This document shows positions 26,628 to 40,420 of a stretch of 64,000 bases of DNA, one piece after another (within the stretch, counting starts at the first letter, position 1; each line of letters opens with the position of its first letter). The position numbers and the translations under genes are program-made. The stretch covers positions 112,470,001 to 112,534,000 of the forward strand of contig NC_045696.1 in the NCBI RefSeq assembly GCF_009834535.1, written 5' to 3'. The notes under the pieces were generated by a model that saw only the letters and a program-made list of their open reading frames with translations, had not been told where the DNA came from and made no database searches. The stretch is from Camelus ferus (taxonomy: Eukaryota).

Positions 26628-27306
26628 ACTTCACCCTCAATCACCGAGGTCACCATCAATGGGTGCAAGAGATCTCTCCTACCCCTCATTTCTTTTCCAC
26701 CTGAGGGAGAGGGGACAGTTGAGAATAAAGGCCAACACATCCACATTACTCTTCTGCTGGGTGGTTTGAGGACCTATCAAAACTTTTTATGAGAGATATT
26801 TGTTCCTCTGAACAAATGAGAGTACAAGGTGCAATGCCTTCACACTCTTGGAACGTGGCCACTGCTGAAAAGATCTACTGCGTGGCCAGAGTTTTTCTTT
26901 AACAGTAAAAACCACAGCTGGTTTTGCACTACATGTTTCGGTGAGAAACATTTTCAGACTTGCCTTTATTTGTTTCTTTTCAGCAGTGTTAGTAGAAAAC
27001 CTGTCATCTGCTTTCGATGATTAATGTGCCCCCTTTCCCCTTCTCCCCTCCCCATTCTCACAAACTTCAAACATTAGACAGAGCATTGAATAGCAATGTT
27101 ACTGAAAAGTTAGAAACTGCAAACACCCATTTTATAAATGAATGGCTCAAGACCTTGTTTTGTGAAGGGGGGGCGCTCTACCAAATTCTACTCATTTCAA
27201 AATCAAGTCTATCAACTTCTAGGTGAAAACTACATGTAACTGAAATAATTCTCCCTGCTGAAAAATTTTAATTTTCCTAAATATTTTTGATAAACAAATA
27301 CATAAA

Positions 27307-27543
27307 CAGTTGACCCTTGAACAGTGCAGGGGTTAAGGGTGCCAACCCTCCCCTCTGTGGAAAGTTTGCATATACTGTACAGTTGTGACCTTCCCTGTTC
27401 AAGTTTCCTTGGTGCCCATGGTTCCAAAGCCACGAGTTCAACCAACTAGAGACCATGGAACACTGTCGCATTTACAGTTGAAAAAAAATCTGTGTATAAG
27501 TGGACCCATGCATTTCAATCCTGAGTTGTTCAATGGTTAACTG
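27307..27543. mobile_element. MER8/Tigger2-type MITE
   Basis: TIRs cagttgacccttgaaca / tgttcaatggttaactg followed by TA; 237 bp. Confidence 0.88.
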
Positions 27544-27609
27544 TATATAAAAATCTATAGCCTTGGTATATTTTTATAAAGTGGTACAAACTGTAGCATT
27601 TTGAGACTA

Positions 27610-27910
27610 GAACCTTGCATTCCCACGAGCAATGATGAGAGTTCTCGGTGTCCCACATCCTCACCAGTATCTAGCATTGTTACTGTTTTGGATTTTCAGC
27701 ATTCTAGTTAAGGGTGTAGTGGTATCTCGATATTGTAATTTGCATTCCCTAATGACACAGGATGGGCAGCAGTTTTTCATTGGCTTATTTGCCATCTGTG
27801 CATCTTCTTTGGCAAAATGCCTATTAAAGGTCTTTAGTTGAGTTGTTCATTTTCTTATTGTTAAGTTTTAAGTTTTCTTTTTAAATTTTGAATAACAATC
27901 CTTTATCCAG
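27610..27910 (-). mobile_element. L1 ORF2 3' fragment
   Basis: ttgcattcccacgagcaatgatgagagttc...ccacatcctcaccagtat...aatttgcattccctaatgac. Confidence 0.85.
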
Positions 27911-28359
27911 GGATACAGAATAAATTACATTCACCAGTTGAAAAACAAAAACGATTTTTTTTTAAAGCCAGGGTAAATTTGGTTTTAAAAATCAGACTTG
28001 CAGGTCAAGAGAGAACTTAGGAGTTCCATTAGGGAAAAAAAGCTAAGCCGGATAAAAAGAAACTGAAAAAAAGAGGATTTCTCTCTTTAAATAAGTAAGA
28101 AATGAGCCAAAATACTCATGGCCCATAATTCGTTGTGTACGTAAAGATATCTGGATAGTGACCATGGTGTTGTTGTACCTGACTCTTTCTTCTTCTCCCC
28201 TGAATTTGTGAGATCTATAAAATAATTGTATTATTCTGTATTGAGATTAGATGGGGCCAGTCTAAAATTTACATTCTAGAAATAAGCAAAACACCAGTAC
28301 TTTAAATTTATGAAACTACCAGGATCCCTAAGTCATTGCACCCATGTGAAAGTAGAAAT

Positions 28360-29010
28360 TTTGTGGTTGACATCTGTTGTTTTGACTTCTCAGCATCCTG
28401 CCTCTCTTCTGGAAATATAACACCTTTTTCCTTGTATAAATTGCCCATCTGTCATTCTGCTGTTTGAAGCCTGATCTCCATTGCCACTGAACTGGGTGCA
28501 TGACCCTGACTAGCCAGTGTAGCCCCTTTCCCCTAGTCACAGATCTCAGGAGTGAGTTCAAGATTCAAGCAGAGCAGAGCTAGTCAAAATATTTTCTTGG
28601 ATTAATGTGGCTGTTGAGGGGGGAAAAGGGTCTGTCTCCCTCTGCCTCCCTCTCTTTTTCTTGCAGCAAAGGCTATAAACAGGAAATAATCCTGGAGCTC
28701 TCTAGAGCCACCTTTGCTATTTCAGAGGAGAATGCCTGGAATTAAAATTCACACAACAGAGGCAAGAGATGGGGTGAGAGAGAGGCATACTGCCACAACC
28801 AAAGCCCAGTCTACCTCTGACAGAGCTTAAGTAGATGCTGAGAGCATCCCGTGTGCCTAAGTGAGTCTGAGTGGTACTGTGAGTTCATACAACCAAAAGA
28901 GTCTTGAGTATTAGCAATCTTGTTATTTTCCGCTTGCTCCTTAATTTGCAAATGACAATCCAAGAAACACCCACGTTTCTTCTCTGCCTGTGTCTGACCC
29001 TTCGATGTTA
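28360..29010 (+). mobile_element. MaLR LTR (MLT1K-like)
   Basis: gggtgcatgaccctgactagccag...cctggagctctctagagccacctttgc...tgagttcatacaaccaaaagagtcttga. Confidence 0.65.
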
Positions 29011-31231
29011 TCAACTACTGACTTTAAACAAGCTTAAGCAGACAGGAACAAAAGTACACATCTGTAGGCTTTGCTTCCTTGACTGGGTCTGCCTCATAGC
29101 ACAATGTTCATGGGATGCGGGCTATCAGCAGTGAGAAGCTGCCTTCAGTGATGTCCCAAAAGTCACTTGAAGAATTCTCCTCAAACTTGATGCGCACACT
29201 AGCAGAATCTGATGCCTTGTGGGAACAGATGACTTTTATACAAAAGTCCGGGGCAGAAAAGGCTTTAGGAGACATTTATGCACGTGACATAAAGTAAATT
29301 TGTACAGCATGGCTGGCCAGATACTACAAGTTACACAGCAATGCAAGATATCTCTAATTGGACATCATGGGATGACATTCGGCAAGTACACAAGCAGACT
29401 CATATCCCTAATATACTGTGCCTTTCTAAATCAAATTAGAGGCTATTTACTTATCAATAAAACAGAAAAAGAAAATGTAAAGAAATTTGTTAGGTAGGAG
29501 AATGTCAGGCAGTTCATCTGACCAAGATCCCACTCTATCTGGGATAGTTAGGGCCCTGGAGTCACGCACAGGTTGTTTAACCTCTTTGAATCCAAGTCTC
29601 TCATTCGGAGGGTAAAGAGAACCTGCCCAGGTGACCTCCAGAATACAAGAGCATCAGACACGTCGAAGCACCTAGCCGGATATCCAGCATGTGGTAGATA
29701 CGTGTAAATATCACTTTTCGAGACTCTGGTATGGAATTGATGCCAAACAAGTTTTTCGAAACATCATGGCAATATCTGCAGGAATCTGGATTTTGGTAAA
29801 GAGTGTTAGGATGTAAACAAGATTAACTAGTTGGGTTTCCAAGAAGTATAAAAAGAGAAACTGAATAAAAGACAGAAAAGAAGAAGGAGTGTAGACATAG
29901 AGTGGTCGGCCCCAGAAGACTGCAGAAACATAGTGGGTATGGGACTTAATCTGGCTCCTTAGGATAAAAGGCAAAGCACAGACATGTGGCCTAAGGGCCC
30001 TTACAGCCCAGGCCTTCAACTGGCTGTTCTAAACACAAAAAGGAGTACTATAAAACTCCACTTTTTAAATGCAGCAAGGAAGGTTACTTTTCGTCAAGGG
30101 TCTCAGTGGTGACAAACAAATCTTCCATGAAAAACACCAACACCATAATTGTGCCACAGGCACGTGGGGGTTGTGGTGTAAGATGGCATGTCAACAACAT
30201 AAACTTCAGAACTTCTCCGTAACTCACATTCCTAGCACCCCAGAGTGTACAGGACTCCAAAAAAAAAAAAAAAAAAGTCAAAAGGAAATGAACTCTTTTG
30301 AGAAAGAGTTAACTCAGGGCCACCAAAGGGAGACTAAGTACCCAACAAGCTAAAATAACCTGTGAGCATCTATAAGAAAGTTTGTAATTCTTCAAAGGCT
30401 GAAAATGAGGATTGAAAACCACTTTCAAAGACCAAGTAATTAAGAAAAAAGAATATACCACTTTAAAAAGAAAGCAAAACTTCTAGAATTAAAGGGTGCA
30501 TGAAAACAGAAAGAATATTTAGGTAACTACTGATGCTGGACAAAATGCACTGTGAGGTTAAAAAAATTAATGATAAAAAGATTATTACATAACAATAAAA
30601 GAAATCATTCATTGATAAGGTTAAAATAATTTACAACTTCTATGTATTTATTAGTATAAATTCAAAATGAGAATAAGGGAAGTTCAACAACTGACTTTAA
30701 AAGTTAGTCGTCATGTGTATGCAGAACATCATACCTGATACTTAGAAAAATCTACATTTTACACGTGTACACAGAATATTTGAAAAATTTATGCTGAATA
30801 GGCCACAAGATAAGTTCCCACAAATACTCATATATGAAGAGTATACAGTCTTAATAAGTTTAGCACTCAATTTAATTAAATTAGAAATGCAGTATCATTG
30901 GAAATAAATTTAAAAAGAGCAAAAGAAAAATCCTCATGTTTAAACATTTTAAGATACAGTTAAATTTTATCATCCAAACAATGCATCATACTAGAAACTT
31001 CACTTGAGTAAGAATGAAAATACTATATGTAATAATTCACAGATTATCCAGAGGCAATTTACAGCTTTAAGTGTATATAACAGACATGAGAAACAGTAAA
31101 AAGTCAGTGAGGTTGTTTTTCCACTCAGAATTTATGGGGGAAAATAACAGAATAAACCAAAGAAAGTAAATGAAAAGAAATAAAGACATAAGCAGAAATT
31201 AACAGAAAAATTGGAACAAAAGTCAGCAAGG

Positions 31232-31392
31232 AACTCTCTGGGTCTCTATAAGAGAACTAATCCCATTCATAAGGGATCCATCCATCATGACCTAATTGGC
31301 TTCCAAAGGCCCCACTTTCTAATAACCTCACATTGAGGGTCAGGATTTCAACATAAAAATTTGGGGAGGACACAAACATTTAATCCATAACA
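31232..31392 (-). mobile_element. MaLR LTR fragment (MLT1A-like)
   Basis: taatcccattcataaggg...catgacctaat...ggatttcaacataaaaatttggggaggacacaaacatttaatccataaca. Confidence 0.85.
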
Positions 31393-31851
31393 ATATAATT
31401 GCCAATTTAGAAATTTAAGAAATTTTGCAGACTGACTGTTGGAAATAAGATAATTCAGCAAGGCTGCGATTACAAGACCCATATCCAAACAATGGCACTC
31501 CTATCCAGTAGGAATTTAGAAAATGTGACTTAAAATGACCTTATTCACAGTAACATCAAGAGCCGTGACGTATGTAGGAATCAGTCTAACAAAATACTCA
31601 AGATCTCTACAAAGCAAATTTTAAAATTTGAACGACATAAAAAAATACCCAAAATAAATAGAAAGACATACTATGTTATAGATGGATGTTTTTGATATTT
31701 AAAGGTGTCAGTTTATCTTAAATTGGTCCATAATTCAATGTGGTTCCCAACCAAAATTCTATCAGCTTCTCAAGTTATTTTGAAATTCATATAGAAGAGT
31801 TAAGTATCAAGAAAAAGTGAGAACACTTTGAGTCAGAGTTACTATTGAAGT

Positions 31852-31898
31852 CGCTAACACAATATTGTAAATCAACTATATTTCATTTTTTTAAAAAA
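31852..31898 (+). mobile_element. 47-bp L1 3' tail insertion with a 17-bp TSD
   Basis: ctaacacaatattgtaaatcaactatatttc flanked by agagttactattgaagt (31835-31851) and agagttaatagtgaagt (31899-31915). Confidence 0.8.
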
Positions 31899-32339
31899 AG
31901 AGTTAATAGTGAAGTGGCCCTAAACTGAACAAGGAACAAGATGCAGTGTGAGGTCAATAATAACTAGGATAAGGTAGTACTGATACAAAGCTAGACAAAC
32001 AGATGAAATGGAGCCAGATATAGGGGGCAGAAAAGTCCCATGTATGTATTTAAGCTTGGCTTCTGTTTGCATATAGATAGCAAGTCAGATCCTTCTCTGA
32101 TCTCATACTGGAAAATTCCAACAGACATTTTCTAGTACATTTGAAATATTTTGTAGTTTAAAAAACATGATAAACAGAAAGATGAAAGCCCAGCAACCTT
32201 GCTTTTTTTTTTTTAACCTTGATGTTTAGAGAGAGATCCGCTTCAGGGCCTCAACGTCCACACCTACTCACACCTCCTGCGCTCAGAGGATGACTGAGTA
32301 AATTCAATCCTCCCAAACGGTTAACCAGTAGACTCCAAC

Positions 32340-32809
32340 TGTAACCGAGCAGAACCCCATGGGACCTTCACGAAACAGACCCTCCCCCATATCCTCTGCA
32401 TTAGCTCCTCTCTGAAGTGCCCAGATAATAGTATCTGATGCATATTTCCTGAGTTTTGCAGATGCTATAATCACTACTAAATGGAAGAAATTAACTACCT
32501 GATGATCATGAGCACATAACCCTCAGTCCTTCTGGCACCTAAGGATTGATAGTGTTGACCGCCCTGTAATGTCAACATCAACCAACCAGAGAATTGTGAA
32601 CAAGCTAATCACATAGCCTGGGACTCTCCTCCCTTACCTTGCCGTTAAAATGCTTTGCTGAAATCCTTTGAGTTCTAGGGGTTTTGGGGCACAAGTCACT
32701 CCTTCTCTTTGCTCTGCCCTTCAATAAACCTTTCTCTGCCCCAAACTCTGACATCTGGGTTTGTTAATTTTCACTGTGGGTCGGACTCCCGAACTTGCGT
32801 TGGGTACCA
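32340..32809 (+). mobile_element. Solo ERV (class I-like) LTR
   Basis: Starts TGTAAC, ends TACCA, AATAAA near 32723, 470 bp; no clean TSD seen. Confidence 0.75.
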
Positions 32810-35800
32810 GTGTTAATCACAGTCTTAAAATACAGCTGCAAACAGATAATACATGGTAACTATGAACAACACCATGAAATGAGTGATCCAGAAATCAGTA
32901 TCACATTCGAAACGTCTTGCTTAAAGGTTTCCTGTAGAACAATCACATCTAGCATCTCAATCAAGTTAATTCCAAAATAGAGACACAATCTCTTATATTT
33001 ACTATAAAATGTTCCAATGACAACTAAGGGTAATAAATGGGGGGAAACGGGGCAAAAGTTTTTAATGTTAAAAGGTGAGAAGTCAGGGCTGTATTTTTTG
33101 TTGTTACTTGTATTTTGTTTTGTTTTTGTGTGTGTGTGTGTATGTGTGCCCACATATGTGTGTGTTTTGAGACCTTTGGGTCTATATGTGATTTGGGGGC
33201 AGGAGATATCAGAATGGGGACTGGAAGAGAGCAGTGTGGCTAAAACTCAAATCTATTACCTTCCTTTCAACTTAACCCATTTAAAAGTGCGTGAAGTTAT
33301 TTGAAAATTCTTTCTCATTTTCCATCAGACCTAAATAATCTCTTCATATATTTTTCTCAAACCTGGACTTTAGCTGTGCCATACGTTCCCTCAGGAGGGA
33401 TATAATTCTTTTATCTTAAAAATGGAACATATTTCTTACGTGACCCCCAACGCAAGCTAGTAGTACCTCCTTCCTCTGACCCCCTGCAGAGTGTATTTAA
33501 GATACGGATTCCCTCTGCATCATTATTTTCCACGCTGCAACGTTTCTTCTTCTGAATGCTTTTCTTCTTTGTTCGTCTCCTTTTCAGAGCCACCAAATGA
33601 CTTGACTGTAAGACTTCCATCCTGTTCACCCTTCCAAATGCTTTAGTTGGGGTGAGGCTTTACCTTGAAATATTTTAATAAAAAAATGAGGGAGGGGAAC
33701 TAACGGAACAGATGTGAGACAGCTTTTGTGATACGGGTTGCAGCACCACAGAAAAAAGAGCAGATTGCTAAGGTTATTTATTTTTTTTAAATAAGTCCTC
33801 CTGAATTTTGTGTCGTGAATATATATTCCACTCATTGCCCAAAGATTTAGTCAAGCAACTTCCTGAAGTCTGGTAAGAATGATCGCACTAAAAGTTGGGT
33901 GGTTATCTTTGCATTTTCTGGGGAGAGAGACATTTTGTTTTCAAACCTGCATTTTTCTGAATGAGGATCAGAGATCTGAAAACGGAAAGATGACGGCAGT
34001 TGAATTCTGAACGTTCTTGAGTCGTGAGGTTTTGATAGGTTACTTTTGGTTTCTTCAGCCAGGCTCAAGCACAAAAGTCCCCACAGAGAGGTAAAAAGTG
34101 TTGAGGTTTGCTTTTCCACTCTTTCAGCAGAGGGGCAGAAGTTCAGGGCACAGCTATGCAAAGATACCAGGAGAGGGCTGCCGTGTGAAATCACCACACC
34201 GATTTCCAGTGAAATTACAGTCCTGCTTAGCCTCTCTGAAATAACATCTGTTATTTGAACCATAAAACACACACACTGCAATCTTCCAGAAATTAACTAC
34301 AAATTGTTTTTATTCTCTTGTTTAATGATCTTTATGAATCAATTAGAACAAAAAATAGCATTATGCAAGCAGAATCCAGAGAGGACAAATTCAATTGCAG
34401 TGACACAACATTAGCTACTATTAATATTTCTTTAACTAAAACCACAAAAACCATGTGGACGTTAATCCCAAAGTAATCAACAAACAGCCAAGACTAATTT
34501 GGGGAAAAAAAGTAAAACTCTGGCAAGAATTAACTGCAGAACTGGGATTTTTTTTTAATAGTTCCTAAAATAATTTTTATATTCTAGATCTTTGATCTTT
34601 AGCAATATGACAAATATTTTCTCTTGAAGTAGAGGAGGCAGAAGTTGGACATAGGATTATACTGGCTAATTACACAAGCACACAATATATTTGGCATTTT
34701 TAACAACACTGAGAATATTTATTAGAATTGAATACGTTCTGTATGATTTTAAAGTTTTCCCTCAGTCACCTTTGCATTTCCAGCCCCAACACAGGGCCAG
34801 GAGCACCCAGACATTCAGTAAGTACTTCCTGAGTCAGTGAACTGTACTGCACAGTGTTCAGAATCAAGCAATTTACAGTTCAGCACTTCAGATCAGCTTG
34901 TCATCACTACAGGTGATCTTACCCATGGTTCTTAGAATTATATTCGAATATTCCAAGGCTGGGGAGAAGAGTGTGCTCATATTTAATCCCATAAATATTT
35001 TATGGTATATTTAATACAGAAGAGATGAGCGCTAAGTCTCTGTCCTTTGTTGATGATTTTCCTCTATGCATCCGTCCTGTCCTTTCTGGGGCCGTGTGGC
35101 TGTGTCTGCAGCAGCAAACTGCCATGAGTGGAGGCTCCCAACTGCCAGTGTGGCAGCCGGCACTGGCCTTAGTGCTGTGACATATCTATTTAATTAACAC
35201 AGCTGTTGTAGCTACTGTGGGAAGTACAAAAGGGTGGAACTGCTCTGGGAAAGGCATGGCTTGTAAAATGGGGAAAAAAAAAAACTGCACAAAATTTCTG
35301 AAAACAAAAGGCCCAAATCTCCCCCTTCTCAAAAAGGCCGTTAACTCTTGAGAATTTGCCAATCTAGAGGGTCAAACCAAAGGACACTTGAGATGCATTT
35401 TGTAGTTTTTTGAATCAGGATCCTTGTTTACATTTTTCGCATAAGGAAAATTTGTAAGATAAAATTGCTCTGGGTAAAGTCACCCATTAACTAAGCTTTT
35501 GGACTAAAGGTTTGTTGTTTATTTATTTGTTAATCCCCTCCAGATTTAACAGAGAAGTCACATAAACTGTCTCCTTAGCTTAACCCAAATGCAATACTGT
35601 TCAGTTGGGAAATACTCTCATCAAAAATAACCACAAGTGAAAATGTCAGGGCTGTGATGGAAACAGGGTAGTCCAGGTTGGGCTTTTAAGACTTCAAGAT
35701 GTTCACAGGCAATCTCAATGCCCCATTAAATTCCATGGTGAGGAAGGCAAGTTCTGATGATTTGCTACAACATGCAAGAATCTATGGTCTCTACTAAGTT

Positions 35801-37287
35801 AGAATGTGAGCAAGTGAAAGATGTATTAACTGCCAATATTCAGGGGGAAAAAAACTTTGCCCTTTCCACACTGGTGGTCTTGGTGTGGAACTGGATACAA
35901 TCATTTACAATGTGATGGAGAAGAAAGAATCAGGTATATAGTCAAGGCATTTGCGGACTCAGTGAACGAGATGACCCCTGCGAATTCTGAAAGTCAAAAT
36001 CCCCACTTCACAGGTGAGAATGCAGCCTGAGAGGGGAGACATGGATTGCCCAGGTGGTTAGAGAAGAGAGAAGGTTAGAGCAGGTTACAGGTTATGCTCC
36101 GTGAACCAAAGATGTTACAGGAATTTTAAGAAACCCCACCCTCCCACATATATTCTTTTCTTTTCTTTCTCCTGTCTTTTCCTTGTAATATTCCTGGCAC
36201 CTAATACAACGCTTCTCACTAGTATGTACTAAATAAGTATTGGCTGAATGAATGAATGAACAAATGAGTGAATGGTCACAAACATATTTCTATAGTATAT
36301 ATAATTGTTTCATGCTTGTTTCTATGTTGTCTTTGCTCTAGATTTATTAACTTTTCGACCTGTTCTTTGCTATCTCGGTTACTTTTACACTGCAATGAAC
36401 ACCTTCATTTGTTTGGTTTATTTCTTCCCTTTTGCTTGGCTTAGCTTAAATTTTCAGGAAAGAACTACCAGATCAATAGGAATGCACACTGTAATGACTC
36501 TGGATTTTACAGCCAAATTGCTTTGCCAAATAATTTTATTAATCTATAATGATACTAACAGTAGCAGCAGAACAATTCCATCACAGCCTAAATTGGACTT
36601 AGCAAGAATCATGAAAAATGAAAACTAAGTAGAAATGAATTGCAAATGACTTTTTATTTGGTTTATTTTATTGCATTGTCTATTTGTACATATCTTTTGG
36701 GGGGGGATTGCTTTTATCCTGTTTTGAGTTATATATCATGTTCATCTTATGTTAAGACTTAGGTGAAGACTGCCCCCCATGCCCATATTTTATAAAGATA
36801 ATAATCACTTTCTTCCACACATTATGATTTAGCCATGAGGCTGAGGTCATGGAGAAGAGGGAAAGACTGAAGGTACAATTTTTTTTTTTTACTAACATTT
36901 ATAAAATACCCTAAAGTGAAGTTCATAGAAAACATAACTTATGTACAAACATAATTTAAAAAAAAAATCAGTAATAGTTTTCTAACAGTAAGAGAAAAGC
37001 TAAACAAAAGGAAAGGAAACGACAAAGGTGCAATACATATTTTCATATGGAAGCGGTCAGGTCCAGTTCCACTAGAAGAGATAACGAGGCTGGCAGATGT
37101 GTACACTGACATGCAATGTCATCAGGAACGTGACAGCTGCAAATCCTGACTAGCACCTGTGTGTTTTTTGGCAGCTGAAATGACAGGAGTGGCATTACTG
37201 TCCACGTAAGTGTGCAAGTTTACAAAGTAAAATTCTTTCAATTTGTTTGGTTGTTACATTCTTGGACAATTCAACATAGATTCTTAA

Positions 37288-37307
37288 TGTGTGTGTGTGT
37301 GTGTGTG
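37288..37307. repeat. (TG)n microsatellite
   Basis: About 10 TG units. Confidence 0.9.
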
Positions 37308-37669
37308 TTTATGGGTAAACAAGAGTTACAATGTAGGCTCAGATAATTTTAAACAGGCTTCTTATGACAGTCTCTGGAAGGTCATTTGAAGGTCAAATAT
37401 ATACACTGTTGGATAGGACTCTCATGATTTGAAGGATGTTCAGCATCCCAGGACTAAATGCTCATAGAGTCCCCCAAACATTATGACACCCCAACCACAA
37501 AGTACCCCAACACATATCTAACTCCTCCCATCCCCAGGATGGTGTAACTGTTATTAATAGCCACTGACAGAGGAGAAGCTGGGGCTGGGTAGAGAAAGAG
37601 AGTTTTAAAACCACAGAAACAACTACTACAACTCCAGGGAACTACAGGAAGAGGAGAAAAGGGTTGAGG

Positions 37670-38630
37670 GTAAGACATTTTGTGCTCTAATCTTTTGTCC
37701 ATTCTTTTTGCCCAAAAGAGGAAGTATTACACGAACAGAAAGGAAAGCCAAGGATAGAGGGACCCAGAAGATCAGGGACTGTGGAAGGTGATGGGGCCAC
37801 AGACCATCCCATCCCAACTCCACCTGGACAATGATGGCCCCAAAGCTAACAAGCAGCTCAGGGTGGGCAGGCAGAAGGAGAACCTGCACTTGGCTTTCCT
37901 GACCAGACTTGGTTCCTCTGTGGTTTGGAAGGGAGCCTGAGAGTGGGTGTACAGATTGGCCAAGATTCTGGATAAGAATTAGGCTGGAAGGGGAGACCAT
38001 CAGGAGGACAAAGAGGCTCTGTGCAGATGAGGCAGAGTCCCAGCTCATCTCTAGGAGGCTATAAAACCGGGGAGAGCAGAGCTGGAGCCAAGTCAGCAGA
38101 AAGAGCAGCTGGGCACTGACCAAGCTGAGAGAGAGCCCGGGCCACCCAGCCCACCAGCTGCAGATGTCATCTGGCCACACACGCCAGCAGGGCATGCAGT
38201 GACCAGGCAGACACGAGACCCACTGCAACAGACGCCGGCCAGGGCTGAAAACAGCACGAGGACGCTGAAGGCACAGCCAAGATTCCCTACCGCTCCCGTG
38301 TCTTAAGGTCACGCTAGCCAAACTGCTCTCCAGAGAGTCAGATAGCATCTCAGAAAATGTAGGATCAATAGGACGAAAATACAAGACCTCTGAACATTAT
38401 TACATTAAAAAGTTCAGTTTAAGTTACCTCCTCCCCCACAAAAACCCTCTAACTTTAAACTATTGCATTGGACAAATACATAATTGCTGACTAGAACCAA
38501 ATTAAGTATTTAAATCCTTCCTTTCCTCCATCCTGTAGGGTGAAGGGACATAAGATGAATCAAATGATAGAAGAATTGTGCACATTCTCTTTGTACATCT
38601 CAGTGTAGTATGCACAAACTTCCATTTCAT
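37670..38630 (+). mobile_element. Ancient ERV LTR (LTR78-like)
   Basis: Start agacattttgtgctctaatc...tttttgccc, TATAAAA near 38060, end cacattctctttgtacatctcagtgtag similar to the 6.9-kb element. Confidence 0.5.
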
Positions 38631-38654
38631 AAAATTATCTAATAGAATTTAATT

Positions 38655-38790
38655 CCATAATTATTCACTAGAACGTAAGCTCCATGAAGGCAAGGATTTT
38701 GTCTGATTTCTCTTCTGTGGCATCCCTGATACCAAAAACAAAGCCTGGCATGTAGTAGTTGCTTAACCAATTTTCAAATAAATATTCATT
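38655..38790 (+). mobile_element. L2 3' end fragment
   Basis: cactagaacgtaagctccatgaaggcaaggattttgtctg...gcctggcatgtagtag. Confidence 0.85.
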
Positions 38791-39019
38791 TTAGTAATAA
38801 CAGTATTAATAATTATAAAAGTTGCAACTATCATTTATAGAGCAACTAACATGAAGGGCATAGAATTGGAATAATGAACCCACACCACCTCTCACCATGA
38901 AAGCCAAGGTTTAACTGCAGTATTTCAACTGATATTTATCAGATTCTAACCCCAAATCCTTAAGCTATTCACTATGAATACTGGATTCGTTTCAGAAATT
39001 AATTTTCATTCAAATGATC

Positions 39020-39197
39020 GATTAAAATGAAATAAAGTTTGAAATTCACCCCCTCTGTCTCACCAGCCCCATGTTAAGTAGACATTCAAAAGCCATGTAA
39101 GACTTGTGGCTCCCATATTAGGCAGTGACCTCGAGAAGATAAACAAACGCTATAGAACATTTCCATCACTGCAAAAAATTCTACAGGATAGTGCTGA
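39020..39197. mobile_element. MER3-like hAT-Charlie MITE
   Basis: tatagaacatttccatcactgcaaaaaattctacaggatagtgctg matches the MER3 end. Confidence 0.7.
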
Positions 39198-40289
39198 CTA
39201 GAGTGTAAACATAGCTTTTAGCTGTCTCTAAGGACCTCTCCAAAGCTTCCTCCTCTTCAAAATATTGATGGTTGAGAGAAAGTGTTCCTCTTACATCTTT
39301 CAGTACCTGAGTAAAGCTTTAAGCTCTACAATTGCTGATACCCTGATACCCACGTGCAATTTCCTATGTGTTTCTTTCTCCATGAAGCCTTAGGGAGATT
39401 GTACTTTCATTTATGCATATATGAACTTGCATAAATCAGGAGCCTAATGACTCTATAGACAGCCTTACTGAGAAGGAACATCATTATTTAATAGGAATAA
39501 TTAAAGTGACGGTGAATAAATAGGGAGATTTCTTCATCTTTCCTCCAGAGCCTGTGCTGGATCAGGTCAGGTCACTCCAGCCTGCACTGTGACCTCCCCA
39601 GAACTGGGCACAAGGAGGAGATATGGAAAACCAATGCATGGCACAGTCACCGTGCTGACCTCTTACACTCCACGTGGGCTTCATCTCAAAGGCAGGGCTT
39701 CCAAAAGTTAGTATTTTTTCATGATACTAAAAATACGTCAATGCTTGACATGAAATCACAAACAATTTTTTTGAGCCTCTGGACATAGAAGGTTTAAGGA
39801 GTAATGTATTCTGTACACCAAATAATCAGACTGTACCAAGCCAAGTTATGCTGTTTTTCGAAGTTCATTAAAATATCCTCAGTCCCCCACATGTGGAAGC
39901 CACTGCCCTGATCTGAGGTTTACTTCCTGTGTCAACACCTCCCAAGATAGGTATGTCCTGCCTATTTTACAAAGACAGCTTTCTAAAACAGCACTTTAAT
40001 TTCTTTTTTTTAATTTAGGTTTTGGCACTTAAAGACTAAGCTTTAATTATCTATAAGTATCACTTACAAGAAATACTCCATAATATCAGATGCATAAGGA
40101 ATTACTAAATAGGCATATCTATGATTTAAAACACTAATGTTATTCTAAACCTTATTAGAGTGATATTTGTGTTCAAAAACTAAGGATTATTATCACCCAA
40201 AACAAGATTAAGCTTCTCACATTTTTGTTTTCAAATAAAGGCAAGCTAGAGTCCAAACAATAAGCACCTCCCCTGCAAAATAAAGATTA

Positions 40290-40420
40290 AATGACTAAGC
40301 TCCTAACTTCAGTTTCCTCATCTGTTGAATTAGAGTAATAGTTCTATCTCCCTTCCAGATTTGCTGTGAAAAATAAATGACATAGTGCATGAAGATGGCT
40401 GGCAAGGTACCCAGCATATC
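40290..40420 (+). mobile_element. MIR SINE fragment
   Basis: ttcagtttcctcatctgttgaattagagtaata...ttgctgtgaaaaataaatga. Confidence 0.75.

Larger units (their letters stand above)
30420..32060 (+). mobile_element. Highly decayed ancient L1 ORF2 remnants
   Basis: A-rich; aaaataaatagaaagacatactatgt, ggaatcagtctaacaaaa and aaattcatatagaagag resemble L1 ORF2. Confidence 0.6.

Noticed and set aside
33608..33630. RLPSCS peptide reminiscent of a gephyrin C4 cassette
   Set aside because: Only six residues match from memory, the frame stops shortly after, and no other gephyrin exons are present
37626..38384. Longest ORF in the window (252 aa, minus strand)
   Set aside because: Non-ATG start, Leu/Ser/Trp-rich with no recognisable domain, and antisense to a purine-rich LTR-like element
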